Source: Eledone cirrhosa
Taxonomy: Eukaryota
Assembly (NCBI GenBank): GCA_964016885.1
Contig: OZ024744.1
Location: 97,464,001-97,528,000 of the forward strand
Length of the DNA stretch: 64,000 nt
Direction of reading: 5' to 3'
Both the position numbers and the translations under genes were made by a program. Position 1 is the first letter of the stretch. The number at the start of each line of letters is the position of its first letter. Positions 43,102-55,100 of this stretch are shown here, in pieces. The notes under the pieces are model-generated. The model saw nothing but the letters and a program-made list of their open reading frames with translations, made no database searches and had not been told where the DNA came from.

Positions 43102-46100
43102 TATATACATATCTTTTTCTTTCAGGGTGTTTTATTGGGTAGACTGGGTACATAATAATCCCAGAATTGAAAAGGCTAATATGGATGGCTCTGATAGACA
43201 GTTGTTTGTCCACGATGAGTTAAGATTACCTAATGCAATTACCTTAGATCTTCAAACCAACCAATTATGTTGGGGTGACAAAGGTAGGTTCCTGTTTTCT
43301 CTTTTTTTAAAATCACAGTGTTTGTTTGTGTGTGTGACATCTCACACCTATGTAGGTTTAACTGGCCTCCTCCAAGGTATATCTTGTTGGAGGTGTCTTG
43401 GGTAATTTAATGATAGGGATCCCAGTCCTATCATAACTCATTTCTACAGCCGAGTAAACTGGAGCAATAAAGTGAAATAAAGTGTCTTGCTCAAGGAAGC
43501 AACACATCACCCAGTCCTAGAATTGAACTCACAACCTTTCGATTGCAAGCCCAATGCTCTAACCGCTAAGCCATGCGCCTTCTGAAGTAGAGCAAGACAA
43601 AATAAAAGATTGTGGTCTTCTTACGAATAGGATCGGTGCATGTCATTCCATCTCCACTGAATCCAGAGTCACATTCACATTTATATTTGGCTTCCTCTTG
43701 AGAATAAACACAAACAGCATTTTCACCACAGTTGTTTACTTCATTGCAGCTGTACGCTAAAAACAGAGCATAATAATTTCATAGTTAATATTTATAAAAG
43801 AAAACAATTTGTGGTTTCAGCAATCAAGGTAACAAAGATGGAAATGGAAAGTAAGTAAGTAAATCAGACCTGAAAACTCTCCCCATCCAATAGGGAGATC
43901 TCCCACCCACTTTGGGGTGGGTGAGAGATGTCTTCTCTTGTGAAAATGGGTATAGATTTTATTATGTAAAATCTCTCCAATTTGCCTCATTTTTCCCCAA
44001 TTTTGGGACACTTTTTTTTCATGGTATTCCCCGTTTGGGTTTTTAGAGGATGGCAGGTCTGGTAAATAATTAAACGTTTTGATTTATGTAATTCTAGTCT
44101 AATCCAAAGTCTGTCTCAAGCCCGGGCAGTGCTTATCCCTTTTGTTGTGGTATGAAGCGACAGAGAATACATGACTCACCCTGGACAGGATGTCAGTCCA
44201 TCACAGGGGTAAAGTTTATCCCAAGACCAGAGGCTTATCCCAGTTTTGTAGTATGAAGTGACTGAGAATACAAGGTTCTCCCCGCACCTGGACAGGAATG
44301 CCAGTCCATCACAGGGTTAAACCCCCAGCTATTGCAGGACTGGAGCAACATCAAATAAAGTGTCTTGCTCAAGGACACATTGAGCCGCCTGGAATCGAAC
44401 TCACAACGTTACGATTGTAAGTCGAATGCCCTAACCACTAGTAATACCAGTATAAAAAAAAACTGTAAAAAACAAAAGAAGTTTAGAATGTGGCGAGCAA
44501 GGTTTGTAATTGAAATAGTGACAGCAGCTTCACCAAAACATTTTGACTAAATAATTGTTTCTACTTTTGGCACAAGGCCAGCAATTATCCCAGTACATTA
44601 CTGGTACTTTATTTTATCAACCCCGTAAGGATGAATGACAAAGTTAACCTCGACGGGATTTGAACTCAGACCATAAAGGGCCATAACTCTATGCTGAAAA
44701 GCATGGCGTCTGACGCTCTACCGATACTGCCAATCTACCGCCTTACTGTCAATAATAATACGTCTGCCAATAGCTGGGGAAATCGAGAATATAAACAATT
44801 GAAATATATCCGCAGCAAAACTTTCCACGGAGAAATTGATTCATGTACTAACATTTTTTTCACTGAACGATATAAATCGATAATTGTTTCTACTTTTGGC
44901 ACAAGGCCAGCAATTATCCCAGTACATTACTGGTACTTTATTTTATCAACCCCCGTAAGGATGAAAGGTAAAGTTAACCTCGGCGGGATTTCAACTCAGA
45001 CTGTTAAAGGGACGTAACTATGCTGGAAAGTATGGCGTCCGACTGCCAATCCACCGCCCTGGCTAAATAATATAGTCTTATAACAGTTTCTGATTTATGC
45101 AAAAGGCCAACAATTTTGTGGGAGGGGAAAATTGATTAAATCAACCCCAGTGTGTTACTGGTACTTTAGTTTATTGACCCCATAAAGATGAAAGGCAAAG
45201 CTAACCTCGACAGGATTTGAACTTAGAATGTAAAGATCCATAATACTATGCCACAAACATGTTTTTTGATGATCTACCAATACTGCCAATCCACCGCCCT
45301 ATAGTCTAATAACAAGGCATATAAACCCACTGAATATTCAGTGGGTTTATACGCCCCATTATTAGACTATATTATTTAGTCAAAATAACTATGCTTTCCA
45401 GCATAGTTACGTCCCTTTACGATCTGAGTTCAAATCCCGCCGAGGTTGACTTTGCCTTTCATCCTTACGGGGTCGATAAAATAAAGTACCAGTAATGCAC
45501 TGGGTAATTGCTGGCCTTGTGCCTAAAGTAGAAACAATTATTTAGTCAAAATATTACGGTGAAGCTTCTATTTCGATTTCAGTTCTATACTGTATAAACA
45601 TATGTTTAAGGAGAATTTAATATTGTTGAATTGGAAGTTCAGTTGTCGGATAAGTTCTGAGGCGTTTGCAGAGATTATGGGTACTGTTCCCTCTGAAGTA
45701 ATCAATTAAAAGAACATATTCATTTAGTACTAAATATAGCTACCTAATATCAACTATAGTCATAGCAACAATATCAACTACTAGCATTAAATCCCAGCGT
45801 TGCTCGGGGTCAGTAAGTTACCAAAGTTAGGTTGCACCACCCATTTTATGGCAGCACTTTTTTGTCTGCCAGGCACTGGGTGAAGGAATTGCAGACCTGG
45901 ACTGCCGAAACAGGAGCTGCGCCAGCAGTGACAATTGTAGTTTCACCTATGGATATTATCTCTGTGCAAAGAAGTGTTGAAATTTATTGTTTCACACTAC
46001 TTGCGCAACACGCGCGTAGACGATGCCAGCCGAACAACAGAGCTGCGATGGAGTTGTTCTGCATGGTTGTCTAATGTGTGTTTTCTAAATTTAAGACAGT

Positions 46101-49100
46101 AGGGAGGGGTGTGATATTAGGGAGAGTTAGCCGCTGTTTCTAGCAGGTTTAGTGACCTCATAGAGGATATGTGTTTTTAAATTTAAGACAGTAGGGAGTG
46201 GTGTGATGTGGAGGAGAGTTAGCTGCTGTTTCTAGCAGGTTTAGTGACCTCATAGAGGATATGTTTTCTAAATTTAAGACAGTAGGGAGTGGTGTGATAT
46301 GGAGGAGAGTTAGCTGCTGTTTCTAGCAGGTTTAGTGACTTCATAGAGGATATGTTTTCTAAATTTAAGACAGTAGGGAGTGGTGTGATATGGAGGAGAG
46401 TTAGCTGCTGTTTCTAACAGGTTTAGTGACTTCATAGAGGATATGTTTTCTAAATTTAAGACAGTAGGGAGGGGTGTGATATGGGGGAGAGTTAGCTGTT
46501 GTTTCTAGCAGGTTTAGTGACCTCATAGAGGATATTATTGTGTATAGTAAATAAACTGATACTTCTTTCTTCCACGTTCGTTGAGAGGTTTTAAAAAAGA
46601 TTTATCGCTATTTTTGTTGTTGTTGAATAAATTTATCTGTTGCTTTTGAATAATTGTTGTTTCGTATGAAATGTAATAAGTTCTCTTTGTCATTGAAGTA
46701 AATAAATGTTTGACCGTTCCACACTCAAAAACAAACGTTCTCTCTCTCTCTTCGGCGTTCCTAAAGGAAGTTTGTAAGCATGTATGTAGTTTTATCGAAT
46801 TTGAAGGGGAGTAGAGAGAGGTAAGCAGATTCTATTAGAGAGGTAAAGCGTCATGTATTTAGTTTTATCGATTATTTCCATTTTGAATGAAATAAATAGT
46901 CGTTGACCTAAGTTAGACCATTTACAACATTCTTACAGACTTTGAGTCGAATCGGTTTGAAATTGTGCAAATGTATAAACATGGAACATGCACACACACA
47001 CACACAACAACAATCTGCCTTTTATAGATAATGGTAGTCATAGCAACAATACCAACTATATAGTCATAGCAACAATACCAACTATAGTCATAGCAACAAT
47101 ACCAACTTTAGTCATAGCAACAATACCAACTTTAGTCATAGCAACAATACCAACTATAGTCATAGCAACAATACCAACTTTAGTCATAGCAACAATACCA
47201 ACTTTAGTCATAGCAACAATACCAACTATAGTCATAGCAACAATACCAACTATAGTCATAACAACAGTACCAACTATAGTTATAGCAACAATACCAACTT
47301 TAGTCATAGCAACAATACCAACTATAGTCATAACAACAATACCAACTTTAGTCATAGCAACAATACCAACTATAGTCATAGCAACAATACCAACTTTAGT
47401 CATAGCAACAATACCAACTTTAGTCATTCATAGCAACAATACCAACTATAGTCATAGCAACAATACCAACTTTAGTCATAGCAACAATACCAACTTTAGT
47501 CATAGCAACAATACCAACTATAGTCATAGCAACAATACCAACTATAGTCATAGCAACAATACCAACTATAGTCATAGCAACAATACCAACTATAGTCATA
47601 ACAACAGTACCAACTATAGTCATAGCAACAATACCAACTTTAGTCATAGCAACAATACCAACTATAGTCATAGCAACAATACCAACTTTAGTCATTCATA
47701 GCAACAATACCAACTATAGTCATAACAACAATACCAACTTTAGTCATAGCAACAATACCAACTATAGTCATAGCAACAATACCAACTTTAGTCATAGCAA
47801 CAATACCAACTATAGTCATAGCAACAATACCAACTATAGTCATAGCAACAATACCAACTTTAGTCATAGCAACAATACCAACTATAGTCATAGCAACAAT
47901 ACCAACTATAGTCATAACAACAGTACCAACTATAGTCATAGCAACAATACCAACTTTAGTCATAGCAACAATACCAACTATAGTCATAGCAACAATACCA
48001 ACTATAGTCATAGCAACAATACCAACTATAGTCATAACAACAGTACCAACTATAGTCATAGCAACAATACCAACTTTAGTCATAGCAACAATACCAACTT
48101 TAGTCATAGCAACAATACCAACTATAGTCATAGCAACAATACCAACTATAGTCATAACAACAGTACCAACTATAGTCATAGCAACAATACCAACTTTAGT
48201 CATAGCAACAATACCAACAATAGTCATAGCAACAATACCAACTATAGTCATAGCAACAATACCAACTATAGTCATAACAACAGTACCAACTATAGTCATA
48301 GCAACAATACCAACTTTAGTCATAGCAACAATACCAACTATAGTCATAGCAACAATACCAACTATAGTCATAGCAACAATACCAACTTTAGTCATAGCAA
48401 CAATACCAACTATAGTCATAGCAACAATACCAACTATAGTCATAGCAACAATACCAACTATAGTCATAACAACAGTACCAACTATAGTCATAGCAACAAT
48501 ACCAACTTTAGTCATAGCAACAATACCAACAATAGTCATAGCAACAATACCAACTATAGTCATAGCAACAATACCAACTATAGTCATAACAACAGTACCA
48601 ACTATAGTCATAGCAACAATACCAACTTTAGTCATAGCAACAATACCAACTATAGTCATAGCAACAATACCAACTATAGTCATAGCAACAATACCAACTT
48701 TAGTCATAGCAACAATACCAACTATAGTCATAGCAACAATACCAACTATAGTCATAGCAACAATACCAACTATAGTCATAGCAACAATACCAACTATAGT
48801 CATAGCAACAATACCAACTTTAGTCATAGCAACAATACCAACTATAGTCATAGCAACAATACCAACTATAGTCATAGCAACAATACCAACTATAGTCATA
48901 GCAACAATACCAACTATAGTCATAGCAACAATACCAACTTTAGTCATAGCAACAATACCAACTATAGTCATAGCAACAATACCAACTTTAGTCATAGCAA
49001 CAATACCAACTATAGTCATAGCAACAATACCAACTATAGTCATAGCAACAATACCAACTATAGTCATAGCAACAATACCAACTTTAGTCATAGCAACAAT

Positions 49101-52100
49101 ACCAACTATAGTCATAGCAACAATACCAACTTTAGTCATAGCAACAATACCAACTATAGTCATAGCAACAATACCAACTTTAGTCATAGCAACAATACCA
49201 ACTATAGTCATAGCAACAATACCAACTATAGTCATAACAACAATACCAACTATAGTGATAACAACAGTACCAACTTTAGTCATAGCAACAATACCAACTA
49301 TAGTCATAGCAACAATACCAACTATAGTCATAGCAACAATACCAACTTTAGTCATAGCAACAATACCAACTATAGTCATAGCAACAATACCAACTTTAGT
49401 CATAGCAACAATACCAACTATAGTCATAGCAACAATACCAACTATAGTCATAGCAACAATACCAACTATAGTCATAGCAACAATACCAACTTTAGTCATA
49501 GCAACAATACCAACTATAGTCATAGCAACAATACCAACTATAGTCATAGCAACAATACCAACTATAGTCATAGCAACAATACCAACTTTAGTCATAGCAA
49601 CAATACCAACTTTAGTCATAGCAACAATACCAACTATAGTCATAGCAAAGTACCAACTATAGTCATAGCAACAATACCAACTATAGTCATAGCAACAATA
49701 CCAACTGTAGTCATGACAACAATATAATGGCACAAGCTATAAAGAAAAAAATAATATAAAAAAAAAAATATAATAATTACTTATAAGTTCACAATATTGT
49801 CCATCGCCTCTGTAGCCTGCACTGCATTCACATTTGGGAGATCTAGTATTATAGTTATAAACACACTGGGCGTGTTCATGGCATGGCTCAGGGCAATCTG
49901 TATTAGTAAAAGAAAGAGGAGAAATGTTATACATAAAATTAAAACATTACAATTCGTTTTTGAATTAGTTTTGCGAGATTTCTTATCTGAAAACATGTGT
50001 TGAAACAGATATTGTTATACTTTGGGAGGGTCATGTTGCACAAAAAAACAAGATGATGTAGGACAGAACAAAGGAGAGACACAAAATAAAAACCTAGTCA
50101 CTGAGGAGGTCACAAAACGTGTGACGAAAGAGCTTTGACAATATATTATATAAACAACCAGCCAATCAGAAACTTATAATAAATTGAAGTGCGTGTGTTT
50201 TTATTGGCAGCTTGACCCTCCCAAAGTATAACAATAAAATATTACATTTGTAGATATTTCATATTTACAGAATCTGAAAAGCCCTATTTTATCAATGTCT
50301 AGTAATATTTTCCACCTCCAACCTTCTCACTTTTGCCATAAACCTCGGCACTGCCACACACCACATACTTGTAATGTGGATGAAAGGAAGATATCTAAAT
50401 ACAGGGACATGAATCACCATTTCTTTTTCGTAATGGTCACTGACAAGATCTCTGGTGTCCTCAGTCTCTGAAATTTCATTTTCCTCTGAAAAATTTCCTG
50501 GACTTGACTCACTACTTTCTGTTCCTAATATGGTCATTATCAACACCTTTGGTGTCCTCAGTCCTAAGACTGTCATTTTCCTCTGAAAAATCAGCAGGAG
50601 TACATCCCACCTGAGGAAGGAACCCTTCTCCCTTGTGGTGGAGTGACTGATGCAGCATGTGTCCACTGGCTGTTCTCAGTGGTAATGCTTTCACTATATT
50701 GTTTCACCAGGCACTGTTGAGATATACCACTATGACTGAGGTGTAGAGTCAGCTCTTCCCCACCTCCTTTCCCTTACTTACACTATTTAATTCTTTTTTC
50801 TCTTTCAATTTTTATTGCAAACATTATAAAATTAAACTTGTTAAATAAAATTAATTGCTTTTTTATTTAATAAATTCTTTGATATAACACCATAATTCGT
50901 ATATAATATGGTTGATATGCTTACAGTAGAGTATCATCATCATCATCATTATCATCATCGTTTAACGTCCATTTTTCCACATTAACATGGGTTAGATGAG
51001 TTGCCCTGTTGTGAGAGAAGCCAGATCAAATAACCATATCTTGCTCATATAGAACTGTTTCTGGCTTGGTTTCTACAGCTGGATGCCCTTCCTAATACCA
51101 ACCACATTTTCTTGCTTATACAGAACTGTTTCTGGCTTGGCTTCTACAGCTGGATGCCTTTCCTAATACCAACCACATTTTCTTGCTTATACAGAACTGT
51201 TTCTAGCTTGGTTTCTACAGCTGGATGCCTTTCCTAATACCAACCACATTTTCTTGCTTATACAGAACTGTTTCTAGCTTGGTTTCTACAGCTGGATGCC
51301 TTTCCTAATACCAACCACATTTTCTTGCTTATACAGAACTGTTTCTAGCTTGGTTTCTACAGCTGGATGCCCTTCCTAATACCAACCACATTTTCTTGCT
51401 CATATAGAACTGTTTCTAGCTTGGTTTCTACAGCTGGATGCCCTTCCTAATACCAACCACATTTTCTTGCTCATACAGAACTGTTTCTGGCTTGGTTTCT
51501 ACAGCTGGATGCCTTTCCTAATACCAACCACATTTACCAATACTCTAATCTAACATTGCATCTTGTTGTTTAGTTAGATACTTCTGATTACAACATTTAA
51601 TCTATTACATAGCCATGAATGGTTTTTGGCTCATACCATAGAAATGTTTCAGAAAGCAGAAATTAATATCTGATTACTAGGCAAAGACTCTGGGATCGGG
51701 GTTAGACAGCAACTTTCAGGTTCTTGTATTCTCGGATGATGAATAATTGCCCCTGCTTGTTAATTTTTAAGATATTTTCCACACTGCTCTTATTCCATCC
51801 CATTAAATTTTGTGGATTGGCAGTATCGGTAGAGGGTCGGACGCCATGCTTTCCAGCATAGTTACGTCCCTTTACGATCTGAGTTCAAATCCCGCCGAGG
51901 TTGACTTTGCCTTTCATCCTTACGGGGTCGATAAAATAAAGTACCAGTAATGCACTGGATAATTGCTGGCCTTGTGCCTAAAGTAGAAACAATTAAATTT
52001 TGCTAATCTATCTCCAGCAAAATACCATACATTATAAAATAAATAGGCTGGGTTGGGTGTCTCAATATGTAAACTAAATGACTAATTCTGGGTTTTTTTT

Positions 52101-55100
52101 AAAATCAAGGGAGACAACCTAGAAAAATTACCGATTTTCCAACACTCCTCATATTATTTGTGACCCAAGAGTAATTAAAAACGGTCGATATTATTTCTAT
52201 ATGCTGGATTGGCAGTATCGGTAGAGGGTCGGATGCCATGCTTTCCAGCATAGTTACGTCCCTTTATGATCTGAGTTCAAATCCCGCCGAGGTTGACTTT
52301 GCCTTTCATCCTTACGGGATAATAAAATAAAGTACCAGTAATGCACTGGGTAATTGCTGGCCTTGTGCCTAAAGTAGAAACAATTATTTCTATATTTTGT
52401 TATACAAATAATGATTTCTAATTTAGGCACAAGGTCAGCAATTTGAGGAAAGGGATGAGTCAGTTATATCGACCCTAGTACATAGCTGGTGCTTTATTCT
52501 ATTGACTTCGGAAAGATGAATGGCAATGTTGATTTAAATAGGATTTGAACTCCAAATGTAAAACGGCCAGAAATGTTGTTATATACCACCAAGATCATCA
52601 GTATGGACTTCATCATGTCATTAATAAATGTGCTAAACAAACCTACTTATGTTCATTGAACCAATGAGAAAGGTCTACTAAAAATAGCAGCCAAATCTTC
52701 CTCAAATTATATTCCTACCGTCTTAAAAAGAAATATCACATTAGGTAATGAAATCCTGATATCCTATGTCTGAAAATAAAACAGGATAGTCATGGCTTGT
52801 ATGCCTTTGATTATAGATCTGCTTAGTTTGAACTGACCTGAAGCTAAACAGTTACAACTATTGCATATCAGTATTAAATAATAAAACAGGTGTAGTTTCA
52901 TATCCAGATAATTGTCTTCTATTAATCCTTTAGCATTTAAACCGGTCATATCCAGCCAGAATTTTCTCACCTTTTTCTGTTCAAACTGGCTGTAACCAGC
53001 TATTCATACTGATATTAAGGTATTGTTCTCAAAATAAATAATATCAAAATATCATAGATTCGATATTATGTGAGATAAAGTGTTTACCATCAAAATCCAA
53101 TAGTTTTTATAGAGTAATGTAAATGCTAAAGGTTTAAACTACTATAAAAACATTTCAACATAAATATAAAGCCAAAGAGAGAACCGCTACAGGGTAACTA
53201 CTCAAAATGGTAGAAATAGCAGCCAAATTTCACTCAAAGCACACACTACCAAAATGAATAAAAAAAGTGCCTATTATATAATAGGCATAGTTAAAATGCT
53301 ATCTATATACTACTAAAACTCTGTGATTACGTCTTGTCTGTAATATAATACAGCCAAAAGGGTGCATAATGGGAAAATACTTTGAAAGGAAGTTGACCCT
53401 GAAATGGGAATACAAATGGAATAAAACACGTCTCACGTAAATCGAAGCACGGGTTCCCGAGATATGGGTTTTTTCCGGGTACCATTATAAATAGAGAGAG
53501 GGAAAGATAGAGAGAAAGAGAAAGAGATAATGGTGGTGAGAGAATAGATTGAAAGAGAGACATAGAGAGAGAGAGACAGAGAGAGAGGGAGAGAGAGAGA
53601 GAAGGAGACAGAGAAGGAGGCAGAGAAGGAAAATGGAAGAGAAGGAGAGAGAAAGCTGTAAAAATTATTTTTAAGTGAACATATTTTTTTTTTTTATAGT
53701 TTTTTTAAGTGAACGTAACCCAACGGGTCACGGGAAGTTTATCATAGAGTTGACCCATGCTTAATCAACAACAACAATAACAATCTCAAGAATATAAAAT
53801 AATCAAGTTTTACATACCTCGCCTCTTGCATTTGCCTCCTTCTGATTCATATCCATTATTACAACGACAAATATATGATCCCGCAGTGTTGAAACATTGT
53901 TCATTTTCACCACAAGCATTTTTGGAGCACTCATCAACATCTGATATCAAAGAAAACATCATTTCAATACTGTATCAACATTATTTCAATATTATATCAA
54001 TATTATATCAATATTATTTCAATATTATTTCAATATTATTTCAATACTCATGGAGGCACATGGTTTAGTGGTTAGAGCATTGGCCTTGCAATCGAAAGGC
54101 TGTGAGTTCAATTCTCAGACTGGGTGATGTGTTGTTTCCTTGAGCAAGACACTTTATTCCACATTGCTCCAGTTTACTCAGCTGTAGAAATGAGATGATA
54201 GGGACTAGGGTCCATATTATTCCACTGCAAAGTGGTCGTGGAGGTGCCATGGCAAAAAAGCACCCAGCACTCACTGTAAAGTGGTCGTGGAGGTGCCATG
54301 ACAAAAAAGCACCCAACACTCACTGCAAAGTGGTCGTGGAGGTGCCATGGCAAAAAAGCACCCAGCACTCACTGCAAAGTGGTCGTGGAGGTGCCATGAC
54401 AAAAAAGCACCCAACACTCACTGTAAAGTGGTTGTAGAGGTGCCATGACAAAAAAGCACCCAGCACTCACTGTAAAGTGGTTGTAGAGGTGCCATGGCAA
54501 AAAAGCACCCAGCACTCACTGTAAAGTGGTTGTAGAGGTGCCATGACAAAAAAGCACCCAACACTCACTGCAAAGTGGTCGTGGAGGTGCCATGGCAAAA
54601 AAGCACCCAGCACTCACTGCAAAGTGGTCGTGGAGGTGCCATGGCAAAAAAGCACCCAGCACTCACTGTAAAGTGGTTGTAGAGGTGCCATGGCAAAAAA
54701 GCACCCAGCACTCACTGTAAAGTGGTTGTAGAGGTGCCATGGCAAAAAAGCACCCAGCACTCACTGTAAAGTGGTTGTAGAGGTGCCATGGCAAAAAAGC
54801 ACCCAGCACTCACTGCAAAGTGGTCGTGGAGGTGCCATGACAAAAAAAGCACCCAACACTCACTGTAAAGTGGTTGTAGAGGTGCCATGGCAAAAAAGCA
54901 CCCAGCACTCACTGTAAAGTGGTTGTAGAGGTGCCATGGCAAAAAAGCACCCAGCACTCACTGTAAAGTGGTTGTAGAGGTGCCACAGCAAAAAAGCACC
55001 CAGCACTCACTGTAAAGTGGTTGTAGAGGTGCCATGGCAAAAAAGCACCCAGCACTCACTGTAAAGTGGTTGTAGAGGTGCCATGGCAAAAAAGCACCCA

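Noticed and set aside
43007-43405. Second gene on the plus strand (LRP/YWTD-like)
   Set aside because: It is a single near-identical copy of a nidogen exon inside a TSD-flanked cassette, and no other plus-strand exons were found.
47688-49733. 681-aa MTIVGIVA-repeat ORF on the gene strand
   Set aside because: Translation of a 24-bp minisatellite. It has no splice signals, and 4-bp insertions break the frame.
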